Part shown: one piece after another, positions 19,706 through 28,856 of the stretch
Layout: the number at the start of each line of letters is the position of its first letter
Position numbering within the stretch: the first letter of the stretch is position 1
Origin: an uncultured Candidatus Micrarchaeota archaeon
Lineage (GTDB): Archaea > Micrarchaeota > Micrarchaeia > Anstonellales > Bilamarchaeaceae
Assembly (NCBI GenBank): GCA_903835325.1
Contig: CAILMU010000005.1
Coordinates: 1-44,632 of the forward strand
DNA: 44,632 nt
Direction: 5' to 3'
The notes under the pieces: generated by a model
Seen by the model: the letters and a program-made list of their open reading frames with translations, nothing else
Database searches by the model: none
Told to the model about the DNA's origin: nothing
Program-made: the position numbers and the translations under genes

Positions 19706-20653
19706 ATGGTCCTTTGCATAATCGCATTCGCCGTATTCGCAATAATGTCGATATTCTCGGCAAAGTACAGGCCTCTTGCTAAACAAGGCTTCGAATGCGT
19801 GTTCAGGACAGTAACGCTCAGGCCGTGCAACACAGGCCTGGACGACCATATCAAGGCCGAGCTGGTGTCAGGGGTTTTGAAATATTCCCCGAGCGGGGCG
19901 CGCATCCTGAACAAGCATTATGTCCTGTTCTCATGGATAATAGTCATCCTGAGCCTCGGAAGCCTCGCTTATACTGCTTATGGGATCTACAATTTCTATG
20001 TATACGGCAATTGCGACGGCCCGGCAGCCACCACAGCCTGCGTCCTGAACACCATCACAGGCGATTACGGCAGGTTCAGCGAGCCGACGCAGCTGGTCGC
20101 CCCTACCGATTACAGCGGCATATCGCAAGGCGATATCAACGCGCCGATAAAGATAATCGAGTTCGGCTGCTTCACCTGCCCGTACACCAAAGAGGCCGGG
20201 CCCACGATGAGCCAGGTCCTCTCGAAATACAACGGCTCTGTCTATTACGCGTTCAAGCCTTTCCCGCTCCCGAACCACAACAACAGCTACGATGCTGCGA
20301 GGGCGGTTCTCTGCGCCAGGGACCAGGGGAGACAATACGAGCTCCAGAACCTCATCTTCAGGCAGCAGGACGTATGCAGGGAGAGCGGGAGCATGGAGAT
20401 AAAGACCCTCGCCCAGGACGCTGGCCTGAATATGAGCGCATTCGACCAGTGCTATGACAACAAAATGACGAACGCCGAACTGGATAGATACATCCAGCAG
20501 GGCAAGGACGCCCACATCTATGCCACGCCGACATTCTTCGTGAACGGCAAAGCTGTGGTTGGGCCGAAATCCCTTGAGCAGTTCGAGTGCGTCCTCAACG
20601 ATAAAAAGGACTTTGTAACACAAGTGAAGTGCTTCATAGACGGGATGGGTTGA
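19706..20653 (+). CDS. membrane-anchored DsbA-like thioredoxin-fold protein
   Basis: IIEFGCFTCPY (CxxC), FKPFPLPNH, ATPTFFVNG cis-Pro loop, two N-terminal TM segments. Confidence 0.9.
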   Translation: MVLCIIAFAVFAIMSIFSAKYRPLAKQGFECVFRTVTLRPCNTGLDDHIKAELVSGVLKYSPSGARILNKHYVLFSWIIVILSLGSLAYTAYGIYNFYVYGNCDGPAATTACVLNTITGDYGRFSEPTQLVAPTDYSGISQGDINAPIKIIEFGCFTCPYTKEAGPTMSQVLSKYNGSVYYAFKPFPLPNHNNSYDAARAVLCARDQGRQYELQNLIFRQQDVCRESGSMEIKTLAQDAGLNMSAFDQCYDNKMTNAELDRYIQQGKDAHIYATPTFFVNGKAVVGPKSLEQFECVLNDKKDFVTQVKCFIDGMG

Positions 20654-20657
20654 ACAA

Positions 20658-21860
20658 ATGGCTGATTTGAGGAATGTTCGGAAGGATTTCCCGATACTCT
20701 CCAGATACCCTGAACTCGTCTATCTGGACAGCGCCTGCACTTCCCTGAAACCTAACCAGGTGATAGACGCCGAGATGTCATATTACAGGGAATACGGGGC
20801 CTGCGGAAGCAGGAGCTCGCACTTCCTCGGAAGAAGGACCAACGAGAAGGTGGAGGCTGCCAAGGAGAACGTGGCGAAATTCGTCAATGCAGACCCCAAG
20901 GGCCTGATATGGACAAAGAACACTTCGGAGGCCATGAATCTCGTCGCGAACGCGTTCGATTTTTCGAAGCGGAGAAAGGTCGTGACTACGGCCATGGAGC
21001 ACCACTCCGTGCTTCTTCCATTCATCAATTTGCGGGACCAAGGGAAGATAGATTTGGAAGTCATCCCCTGCGATCCGGACGGAGAGATACCGCTCGAGCG
21101 CTGGGAAAGCGCGATAGACAAGGAGACCGCGTTAGTGGTATGCCACAGCTGGAACAATACCACCGGAACCGGCAGGGATATCCGCGCCATATCCCGCATC
21201 GCGCATGATGAGGGCGCGCTTGTTTGCATAGACGGCGCCCAAGGGGTTCCCCACCACAAGGCAGACCAGAAATCCGAAGGGGTGGATTTCCTCGCTTTCT
21301 CTGGCCATAAGATGCTGGGGCCCACAGGCATCGGAGTGCTCACAGTGCGTCCCGACCTTCTCCCGAAATTGGGCAATTTCGTGGTGGGAGGCGGAACGAT
21401 ATCCAATATGAGAATCGAAAAGCCCCAGTACCAGCTCGACACCTCGCGCTTCGAAGCAGGGGTGCAGCATTATTCTGGGATGTTCGGCCTGGCCGCAGCA
21501 TGCGATTATCTGCGGAACCTCGGGATGGACAACATCGCCCATCATGAGAAAATGCTGGCAAAACCGATGAGAGAGGCGATCGAAGCATCAGGCGCCGTCG
21601 TTTACGGCCCAAAACAGACAGACAGCCACGGGGCGCTCTTCTCGTTCAATTTCAAAGGCGCGAAACCGCAGGATGTGGCCTTGATGCTGGATAAGCTCAA
21701 TATCGCCGTCCGGGGCGGGTTCTTCTGCGCGCAGCCCGGGATGGAAGCCCTTGGAGCGAATGAAGGCGCAATCAGGGCAAGCGCTTATCTCTATACCAGC
21801 ATAGAAGACATAAGGAAATTCGATGACGCTATGAGGAAAGCTGGCGCTCTCTACTCATGA
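20658..21860 (+). CDS. sufS: cysteine desulfurase, SufS/class V aminotransferase
   Basis: VYLDSACTS, MEHHSV, DGAQ, FSGHKMLGPTG (PLP Lys), RFEAG, AVRGGFFCAQP (catalytic Cys), RAS.YLY. Confidence 0.92.
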   Translation: MADLRNVRKDFPILSRYPELVYLDSACTSLKPNQVIDAEMSYYREYGACGSRSSHFLGRRTNEKVEAAKENVAKFVNADPKGLIWTKNTSEAMNLVANAFDFSKRRKVVTTAMEHHSVLLPFINLRDQGKIDLEVIPCDPDGEIPLERWESAIDKETALVVCHSWNNTTGTGRDIRAISRIAHDEGALVCIDGAQGVPHHKADQKSEGVDFLAFSGHKMLGPTGIGVLTVRPDLLPKLGNFVVGGGTISNMRIEKPQYQLDTSRFEAGVQHYSGMFGLAAACDYLRNLGMDNIAHHEKMLAKPMREAIEASGAVVYGPKQTDSHGALFSFNFKGAKPQDVALMLDKLNIAVRGGFFCAQPGMEALGANEGAIRASAYLYTSIEDIRKFDDAMRKAGALYS

Positions 21861-21942
21861 TTACGGGTCTTGTTTTCGCGGAAATAAGGCCTCTGCCGAA
21901 AACCATACTGATTATGCTGCTCATCAACAGAGCGGTGTCTTT

Positions 21943-22077
21943 ATGGAAGAGGAATGCTTTGTTCTGGATGAAGGGGATGTGGATCTCCTGGCCGAGATTT
22001 TGAGGTACAGGAGGATGGCTGTGATGCAGGAAAAAAAGGGAGATGGGAATCGAGGCGCGAACCCGATGGCGTATTGA
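21943..22077 (+). CDS. possible 44-aa protein MEEECFVLDEGDVDLLAEILRYRRMAVMQEKKGDGNRGANPMAY
   Basis: Manual translation. GCGGTG SD-like motif upstream; fills the gap between sufS and the convergent regulator. No homology recognised. Confidence 0.3.
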   Translation: MEEECFVLDEGDVDLLAEILRYRRMAVMQEKKGDGNRGANPMAY

Positions 22078-22088
22078 TTCCATATTTC

Positions 22089-22469
22089 TTATAGCACCGA
22101 CCAGCTGACTGACCGCACTCCCTTGTCTTTTTTCAGCATGCTGAAGAGGTCCCTGATCCTTTTCGCCTCTGCGCAGACAATGAGGACTTCAAGGCAGATC
22201 CCGACGTGGTGGCGGTGGATCGTGGTTTCGATGCTGTCCTCGAACTTATGCAGGAGGTCGGATACTCGGTGCTTTTCGGATTCCTTATAGGAGACAACGA
22301 AGACCCCGTCGATGTGGCCCTTGAGGGACTCCATGGCGGAGTATTCATTCACGAGCGATTTTATCGTCGCGCGGATGAGTTTCGAGCGGCTCTTGAAACC
22401 CAGGTGCTCCTGAGTCTTGTCAAGCTCATCCAATGTGTCCTTGTCCAGTGACATGCTGATTATTTCCAT
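22089..22469 (-). CDS. NikR-like ribbon-helix-helix metal-responsive regulator
   Basis: MEIISMSLDK..LDELD....LGFKSRSKLIR (RHH) plus ACT-like metal domain HRHHVGICLEV. AGGTG SD upstream of the ATG at 22469. Confidence 0.9.
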   Translation of the reverse strand: MEIISMSLDKDTLDELDKTQEHLGFKSRSKLIRATIKSLVNEYSAMESLKGHIDGVFVVSYKESEKHRVSDLLHKFEDSIETTIHRHHVGICLEVLIVCAEAKRIRDLFSMLKKDKGVRSVSWSVL

Positions 22470-22480
22470 CGATGAAACAC

Positions 22481-22639
22481 CTATCTGTCTGAAATCTTCT
22501 CGCGTACTCCGTTGAGGATGAGCGCGGCTGTCGAGAGGATGCATACGGGGCAGGGGCAGACCGATAGCGAGCCGATGCCCCAAAGTGCGCCGAGCGCAAG
22601 GCTTTCGTTGCCTTTCTTGAGCAGATTCTCTTTTTTCAT
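22481..22639 (-). CDS. 52-aa membrane microprotein with CPCPVC motif
   Basis: Below the ORF-track cutoff: MKKENLLKKGNESLALGALWGIGSLSVCPCPVCILSTAALILNGVREKISDR. First gene of a probable operon with the NikR-like gene, whose start follows its stop after an 11-nt gap. Confidence 0.7.
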   Translation of the reverse strand: MKKENLLKKGNESLALGALWGIGSLSVCPCPVCILSTAALILNGVREKISDR

Positions 22640-22685
22640 CGGTTTTCCCGTTCCATTAATAACATTTCCCGGATATAAAACAATA

Positions 22686-22716
22686 GTTAATAATATTTAT
22701 CGAAATATTTATTAAC
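22686..22716. promoter_or_regulatory. inverted repeat GTTAATAA-N15-TTATTAAC, candidate NikR-type operator
   Basis: Perfect 8-bp arms with a 15-nt spacer, located between the divergent regulator operon and the metal ABC operon. NikR operators are dyads with long spacers. Confidence 0.65.
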
Positions 22717-22733
22717 ATATCCAGAGCCAGGAT

Positions 22734-23675
22734 ATGTGTGGTACGATGATAGGCAGGAGCCCTGCGCCAGCTTTCGTTTTCCTTGCGCTATCGGCAGCAA
22801 TGCTTCTTGCCGGTTGTTCGAACACTGAGGCGAAGAAGAGCGGCCTTCAGGTCTCCGCGACTTTTTTTCCGTTCTATGACGCCGCCAAGGAGATAGCGGG
22901 CGACAGGGCGACCGTTACGAGCATAGTCCCTAACGGCGTGGAACCGCATGACTACGACCCGACGAGCGGCGACATCACAGGCATCGGCAACGCCGACGTC
23001 TTCATCGAGGCAGGAGTCGGATTCGGAAGCCTCGAGCAGAAGCTCTCGAACGGGCTTGGAAGCAGGGCCGTCATCGTGAACGCGAGCAGGGGAATAGATT
23101 TATTGCCTGGCGGCCAGGATGCTTCTGCAAGCCCAGGGCAAGACGGTTCCGCTGGCACCGTGGTCGACCCGCATTTCTGGCTATCCCCGAAACGGATGAT
23201 GACCGTAGCGGATAATATCAAGGCGGGGCTCGAGAGAGCGGATCCAGGCAATGCCAAGGCTTACGAAACGAACGCAGCGGATTTCAAAACCAAACTGCAG
23301 GCGCTCGATTCGGAATACCGCTCAGACTTGTCACATTGCAAAAAGGACACCATACTCACATCCCATGATGCGTTCGGATACCTCGCATCGGATTACGGGT
23401 TTAAGCAAATCTATATCTCAGGGTTATCGCCTGACGCTGAACCCACGCCACAAGCGCTTGCCCAGCTCGTGGATACGGCGAAGAGGGATAATATCACGAT
23501 AATCTTCTTCGAGAATCTTGTGGATCCAAGGGTTGCCCAGACCATAGCCGGCGAGGTCGGGGCCCAGACCATGGAGCTCAGCCCCCTGGAAGGCTCTAAA
23601 AACCAGAGCGACGACTATTTCTCGATTGCCAGGAAGAATCTCCATAACCTGGAGATGGCATTGGAGTGCGATTAG
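22734..23675 (+). CDS. znuA: Zn/Mn-type ABC transporter substrate-binding lipoprotein
   Basis: Lipobox LLAGC; VEPHDYDP, DPHFWLSP, SHDAFGYLA metal ligands. Metal specificity is inferred. Confidence 0.92.
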   Translation: MCGTMIGRSPAPAFVFLALSAAMLLAGCSNTEAKKSGLQVSATFFPFYDAAKEIAGDRATVTSIVPNGVEPHDYDPTSGDITGIGNADVFIEAGVGFGSLEQKLSNGLGSRAVIVNASRGIDLLPGGQDASASPGQDGSAGTVVDPHFWLSPKRMMTVADNIKAGLERADPGNAKAYETNAADFKTKLQALDSEYRSDLSHCKKDTILTSHDAFGYLASDYGFKQIYISGLSPDAEPTPQALAQLVDTAKRDNITIIFFENLVDPRVAQTIAGEVGAQTMELSPLEGSKNQSDDYFSIARKNLHNLEMALECD

Positions 23676-24368
23676 ATGAAAGCGGTTGACATGGACGAGG
23701 TGTCTTTCTCATACGATGGGAATTCGGTGTTCCGGGACGTCACCATCCATATCGATGAAGGCGATTTCGTCGCAGTGATTGGACCGAACGGTTCCGGCAA
23801 GACAACCCTGATTAAGATAGCGCTCGGCTTGCTCAGGCCTCAGGCAGGCGGGATCAGGCTTTTCGGCACCCCTATCGAATCGTTCAAGTCCTGGGAGCTC
23901 GTGGGATATATCCCCCAAAAAGGCGATTTCGAGAGGAATTTCCCCGGCAGTGTGGATGAGGTCCTCGCCCTTAAAGGCGGCGCTATAGATAAGAAAACCT
24001 TGGAGCTCCTCGAGATAGAGCGCCTCGGGAAACGCAGGTTCTCGGAATTGTCCGGAGGCCAGCAGCAGAAGGTACTGATAGCGCTCGCATTGAGCTCGAA
24101 ACCGAAGCTGTTGATACTGGATGAACCCACAGTCGGCGTCGATGTCCAGGCGCTCCAGAATTTCTATTCCATATTGAAAAAACTGAACAAGGAACGGGGG
24201 GTCACGATACTCCTGGTCACGCACGAAGTGGGCATGATACAGAGCTATGTCAAATCCGTTCTCTGCGTGAGCAGGGAGTTCAGCTGCCAGGGCAAGCCTG
24301 AGAATCTGGAGGACATCCTGAAGGAAGCGTACGGGAAAAGCTTTGATATACATCATCACAAGCATTGA
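23676..24368 (+). CDS. znuC: metal ABC transporter ATP-binding protein
   Basis: GPNGSGKTT, GYIPQK, LSGGQQQ, LILDEPT, VTHE; His-rich C-terminus HHHKH. Confidence 0.94.
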   Translation: MKAVDMDEVSFSYDGNSVFRDVTIHIDEGDFVAVIGPNGSGKTTLIKIALGLLRPQAGGIRLFGTPIESFKSWELVGYIPQKGDFERNFPGSVDEVLALKGGAIDKKTLELLEIERLGKRRFSELSGGQQQKVLIALALSSKPKLLILDEPTVGVDVQALQNFYSILKKLNKERGVTILLVTHEVGMIQSYVKSVLCVSREFSCQGKPENLEDILKEAYGKSFDIHHHKH

Positions 24369-24390
24369 TCGGGCATTCAAGAGGAATAGC

Positions 24391-25233
24391 ATGGTTGGAA
24401 GCATATTAGGTTACGAGTTCATGCAACGCGCGCTTGTCGGCGGAGCGCTTGTCGCGCTCACCTGCGCTTCCTTAGGCGTATTCCTCGTGCTTAAGAGGCT
24501 CTCGCTACTTGGCGACGGCCTTGCGCACGTCGCGCTTGCTGGGGTGGCCGTCGGATTGCTGACCGGCATCGATACCGTCCTTTCCTCGCTCGTGCTGACA
24601 GTGCTCGGCGCCCTCGGTGTGAACGAGACCATAAAACGGACGAAAGTCTACGGCGAGACGGCGACAGCGATAGTCCTGTCTGTCGGGCTCGGGCTCGCGG
24701 TGCTGTTGATAGGGATAGCGAAAGGGTTCAACGCAGACCTGCTCAGCTATCTTTTCGGAAGCATCCTCGCGCTGAATACATCGGACCTGACGATAATGGC
24801 TATCGTACTCGCGATCTCGCTCGTATCCCTCGCTATCTTCTACCGCAAGCTCGTCCTCATGTCGTTCAACGAGGACATAGCGCTCACCAGCGGGATAGAC
24901 GCCCAGTTCATCGACAAGATTTTCATAATAGTTGTCGCGATGGCGGTTGTCGTCGGCATGCGGGCGGTGGGGATACTCCTTGTGAGCGCGCTCCTTGTCA
25001 TGCCCGCTTCGGCCGCGTTCCAGCTCGCTGGCTCGTTCAAGAAAACGATATTGTATTCCATCTTGATTTCCCTCGCATGTGTCGAAGGCGGGATAATTTC
25101 CGCATTCTATTTGAACTTGCCGCCGTCCGGAGCGATAGTGATGCTGCTGTTCGCGGCTTTCGTTCTTTCGGCGCTGTGGAGAAAGATATCCAGCAAGAAA
25201 GCTGATAGGGCCGTGTCGATGACGCGCGCTTGA
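24391..25233 (+). CDS. znuB: metal ABC transporter permease (ABC-3)
   Basis: FMQRAL, LGVFLVLKRLSLLGDGLAHVALAGVA, LLSYLFGSIL, VGILLVSALLVMPA. Confidence 0.94.
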   Translation: MVGSILGYEFMQRALVGGALVALTCASLGVFLVLKRLSLLGDGLAHVALAGVAVGLLTGIDTVLSSLVLTVLGALGVNETIKRTKVYGETATAIVLSVGLGLAVLLIGIAKGFNADLLSYLFGSILALNTSDLTIMAIVLAISLVSLAIFYRKLVLMSFNEDIALTSGIDAQFIDKIFIIVVAMAVVVGMRAVGILLVSALLVMPASAAFQLAGSFKKTILYSILISLACVEGGIISAFYLNLPPSGAIVMLLFAAFVLSALWRKISSKKADRAVSMTRA

Positions 25234-25278
25234 TTCCTGATAATCAGAATAATAAACTTTCACTGGTTTTACGGCACC

Positions 25279-26028
25279 ATGGGAGCCAAAGCGAAACCGA
25301 AGGGAAAAAGCAAGGCTGATTCTGAAACTGCGATGAAAATCAAGGTCACGGAAAACGGCCCGTATATCATATCCGGCGGAGTGCCGATGGATACGCAGAT
25401 AATCTCGACCGAAGGGACAGACACGCCCCTCTGTTACAGGAAGGCTGAGGATTACCCCAAGCAGCAGGCATATGCGCTCTGCAGATGCGGGCACAGCACC
25501 GGACACCCGTTCTGCACAGGGAAGCATACCGAGATCGGATTCGTCGGAACCGAAACGGCTTCCAACAAAAAGTTCCAAGAGCAGGCAGACACCATCAAAG
25601 GCCCGCAGTTAGACCTCAAGGACGCGGTGGTTTTCTGCGCATCGGGAAGGTTCTGCGATGCCGGGAAAGGCGCATGGGAATACACCAAGGAATCGGACAA
25701 TCCTAAATCCAAGAAACTGGCGACCGAGCAGGCATGCAACTGCCCGGCAGGAAGGCTGGTCATTATAGACAAGAAGACCGGGAAAGCGATAGAGCCGGAT
25801 TTCAAACCGTCCATCAGCCTCCTCGAAGACCCCCAGGCGAACAGCAGCGGGCCGATAATGGTCAAGGGCGGGATACCTGTCGAATCCGCATCAGGAAAGA
25901 AGTATGAGACACGCAATCGCGTCACTTTGTGCAGATGCGGACATTCCCAGAACAAGCCGTTCTGCGACGGGACGCACCTCCAGGTATTTTTCAATGACGG
26001 GGACAAGCGGATAAAAAGGCAGGAATGA
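25279..26028 (+). CDS. double CDGSH iron-sulfur domain protein with central ferredoxin-like domain
   Basis: LCRCGHSTGHPFCTGKH and LCRCGHSQNKPFCDGTH flank CASGRFC...CNCPAGRL. Confidence 0.92.
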   Translation: MGAKAKPKGKSKADSETAMKIKVTENGPYIISGGVPMDTQIISTEGTDTPLCYRKAEDYPKQQAYALCRCGHSTGHPFCTGKHTEIGFVGTETASNKKFQEQADTIKGPQLDLKDAVVFCASGRFCDAGKGAWEYTKESDNPKSKKLATEQACNCPAGRLVIIDKKTGKAIEPDFKPSISLLEDPQANSSGPIMVKGGIPVESASGKKYETRNRVTLCRCGHSQNKPFCDGTHLQVFFNDGDKRIKRQE

Positions 26029-26861
26029 AACTGGAAAAGAAGGTCGTCTGCGTTATGGCATCACGTGTGAAGAAAACCGAATCCTCGGAGTACCACGACC
26101 GTATCGCCGAGCAGTACGAATCCGATTACAGCAGCCCTTACTGGCAGCTTTACGATGAGATAACCTGGAGGAACATGAAGAGGTTCCTCCCAAAAAAGAA
26201 AAAGGCGGTAATCCTGGATGTCGGCGGGGGGACCGGCCATTGGTCCAGGGCTTTGGCGAAACTCGGCTACTGCGTGGTTTGCTCGGACCTTTCCGAGAAG
26301 ATGCTCCAGGTGGCAAAGAAAAAAGCCAATGAGGAAGGTTTGGATGGATGCATCAGCTTCATCCAGGCGGATATCACGGATATGCGATGCTTCAAGGGCG
26401 GATTCTTCGACATGGTGATAGCCCAGGGCGACCCGGTCGGGTTCTGCGATGACCCGGAGAAAGCAATTGCAGAACTGTCACGGGTCGCGAAAAAGGGCGC
26501 GCATGTGTGCGTCTCGATCGACGGGTTCTTTTCCACCCTCTCGGATTTGATAGCCGCGAAAAAACACAAAGATATCGACCGATTCGAAAAAACCAAAATC
26601 ACGGAATTCCACGGCTCTTTTCCGGTGCATCATTTCACGCCGGAAGACCTGCGCCGGCTGTTCAAGGAAAACGACCTCGAGATGGTGACGATTATAGGGA
26701 AACCAGCCATCAATTTCGATCTGCACCAGGATGAAGTCGAGAAGCTGCTCTCGGATAAGAAAATCTTCAAGCGCGTCCTTGCTCTCGAGATGAAGCACAA
26801 TTCTGAACCTTCTATTGTCGGCTACGGCAGGCATATCGAGGCGATAGGGAAGAAGGTTTGA
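26025..26861 (+). CDS. class I SAM-dependent methyltransferase
   Basis: ILDVGGGTGHW, SDLSEKML, QADITDM, FDMVIA, ELSRVAKKG. Confidence 0.92.
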   Translation: MKLEKKVVCVMASRVKKTESSEYHDRIAEQYESDYSSPYWQLYDEITWRNMKRFLPKKKKAVILDVGGGTGHWSRALAKLGYCVVCSDLSEKMLQVAKKKANEEGLDGCISFIQADITDMRCFKGGFFDMVIAQGDPVGFCDDPEKAIAELSRVAKKGAHVCVSIDGFFSTLSDLIAAKKHKDIDRFEKTKITEFHGSFPVHHFTPEDLRRLFKENDLEMVTIIGKPAINFDLHQDEVEKLLSDKKIFKRVLALEMKHNSEPSIVGYGRHIEAIGKKV

Positions 26862-26868
26862 GATATGC

Positions 26869-28077
26869 ATGATAGTGACACGGATGTTCAGCGTTGAAGA
26901 ATTGTCAGACCTGAAAAGGTCGTATAAGCGCCTTGCCGATGAGATAGATAGAATCGGGAAGGGCAGATTCGAGAGCGCCCTGAGGCTTTCAGGGAAGCTC
27001 AAGGATTTGATGGCTGAGATAGAGGAGACGAATGAAAGGGAGAAAAGCCTGTACAACCCGGCCATGATAACCCGGATGAAGATAGCGAAGAGGGGCTTCG
27101 AGCTCTCCAAAAGCCTGCGGGAATTCGAGATAGAGGTGGCGGCCGGGTTCGAGAAGGGCGAAGTCAGCGAGGATGCCGGAAAACGGTTCATGTCGATAAC
27201 CAAGCTGATAAAGGTCGGGAATATCCAGAAAGCGAAGGATGAGTTCCGTTATTTCGAGAAGATAAACGAACTTGACAGAGACTATAAGGCGGCGGGGGAA
27301 GAGATACAGGATAAAGAAAAGCAGCTCCGGCGGGAGCAGGTCAGGGTCGAGAAGATGCTGGCTGAGATGGCTGAGATTGAGAAATCGGCCATTGATACCG
27401 GAAAGGCAATCCGGTACGAAGAGCTGTCGAAGGAGCTCGAGGAGATACAGGAGGTCAGGAAAAGATACGTCCATTCGGTACTCACGACCCCGGTCGCTGA
27501 GCTCCTTGGAAACCCGCAAAGATATCCCCTCAAAGAAGCCATATCTTCATACCCTGCAAAAGAGCAGCTAGATGAGCTGGTGGGATTTTTATCAGAATAC
27601 CCTGATTTCGGAAAATGCGATGCCGGGCAGCTCTGCGGATTCTTCGGGTACAGCGAAAAAAAGCTTTCGCATATCTGCCCTGAGACAACGAGATTCAAGA
27701 AGGCGGTGCTCGGGAACAGAGAATTTTTCGAAACGATATCCTCCCTGGATAAGAATGCATCCCTTATCACGAATGCGGAGGACCAGAAGATCCTTGACCT
27801 CATCGCCGGGATGGAAGAAGGCGCCGAAGAGATTGTCGGACGGATCGCTGTGATAAGCAAGGAGAAGGATGCGTGCAGGGAGGAATACGAGAAAAATGAG
27901 AGGATTAGGAAGAAAAGGGAGGAATTATCCGGATACCCCAAGGATGGATTGGAGGCCGAGCTGAAAGATATCGCGCGGCTTCTCGATGTGTTGCATTCGG
28001 ATAATCCTAAAACTGGCGATGAGAATAGGGGAGGGCTGTTCTCGATTTTCGGGCGATTATTGAAAAAAGGGGCATGA
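26869..28077 (+). CDS. hypothetical coiled-coil protein
   Basis: 402-aa ORF, E/K-rich and helical, with an amphipathic C-terminal GLFSIFGRLLKK. Confidence 0.8.
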   Translation: MIVTRMFSVEELSDLKRSYKRLADEIDRIGKGRFESALRLSGKLKDLMAEIEETNEREKSLYNPAMITRMKIAKRGFELSKSLREFEIEVAAGFEKGEVSEDAGKRFMSITKLIKVGNIQKAKDEFRYFEKINELDRDYKAAGEEIQDKEKQLRREQVRVEKMLAEMAEIEKSAIDTGKAIRYEELSKELEEIQEVRKRYVHSVLTTPVAELLGNPQRYPLKEAISSYPAKEQLDELVGFLSEYPDFGKCDAGQLCGFFGYSEKKLSHICPETTRFKKAVLGNREFFETISSLDKNASLITNAEDQKILDLIAGMEEGAEEIVGRIAVISKEKDACREEYEKNERIRKKREELSGYPKDGLEAELKDIARLLDVLHSDNPKTGDENRGGLFSIFGRLLKKGA

Positions 28078-28110
28078 GCGAGGTTTATGCTCTGATACGG
28101 CGGAGCGGGA

Positions 28111-28725
28111 TCACCAGAACTTGACTTTGTTTATTCCGCGCTCGAAAACCTTTTCAACCTGCTCGAGCCGTCCGGGTTTTGTGGGCGTCACCGCACTAGT
28201 CTTCTGTTTGGATTCAGGGAAAATGGACTTGATGTCTTTCACCTTCCAATCATTTTCTTCGCGCTCGTACTGGATGCTGATTTCTCGCTTGAGATCCATC
28301 GGTTTGGAGCCTTTCTTTGCATAATCATCAAGAAGCGGAAGTTTGACGGTCAAAGTCATGCGGCAGCCATTTATATCGGCCTTCTCGAAATCGCAGCTTT
28401 TGATGCGCAATAGCTTCTTAGGCAGATCGGCATCGCCCTGATCGATTTCGAGCAATTGCCCGTTCAGAGCTTCACAATAACTTGCCTCATAATCCTTCAG
28501 GGTGCTCTTCATAGTATTTAGCATATCCGGCGGATTATGATACGATTTTGGATCCGATATCGATTCCTTGATTTCTTTCTGCGCGTATTTGACCCAGGAT
28601 TCGCAATCCTGGAACTCTTTCTCTTCTTTCGATTTGGCAATGCTGTCTTCGTATATGACTAACGCGGATGAAATGCCGATCGAACCACCAAAAAGAATCA
28701 TAAGTACTTTTGTTGATTTATCCAT
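28111..28725 (-). CDS. hypothetical membrane-anchored protein
   Basis: N-terminal TM (VLMILFGGSIGISSALVIY) and four Cys in the ectodomain. TATA-like TTTATAAA upstream. Confidence 0.7.
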   Translation of the reverse strand: MDKSTKVLMILFGGSIGISSALVIYEDSIAKSKEEKEFQDCESWVKYAQKEIKESISDPKSYHNPPDMLNTMKSTLKDYEASYCEALNGQLLEIDQGDADLPKKLLRIKSCDFEKADINGCRMTLTVKLPLLDDYAKKGSKPMDLKREISIQYEREENDWKVKDIKSIFPESKQKTSAVTPTKPGRLEQVEKVFERGINKVKFW

Positions 28726-28856
28726 GCTAGGTCATCTCAAGTTACTATTTAGTATAACTGATTTATAAATCATAGGCCAGATGAAAGAGGTCTGATATCG
28801 TATCCGCGTGCCTGATATGGAGTATTTATAAATATTAATACATAAATATCCTGTTC

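Noticed and set aside
21829..22083. 84-aa minus ORF after the NikR-like gene, and a 48-aa + ORF overlapping the sufS stop
   Set aside because: Neither looks protein-like. The 44-aa + ORF at 21943 is the better, though still weak, candidate.
24505..25578. 357-aa minus-strand ORF
   Set aside because: Antisense to znuB and the CDGSH gene, with no protein-like motifs.
28759..28834. Palindromes TGATTTATAAATCA and TATTTATAAATA as operators
   Set aside because: Both are centred on TTTATAAA at TATA-box distance from the divergent starts, so they are adequately explained as promoters.
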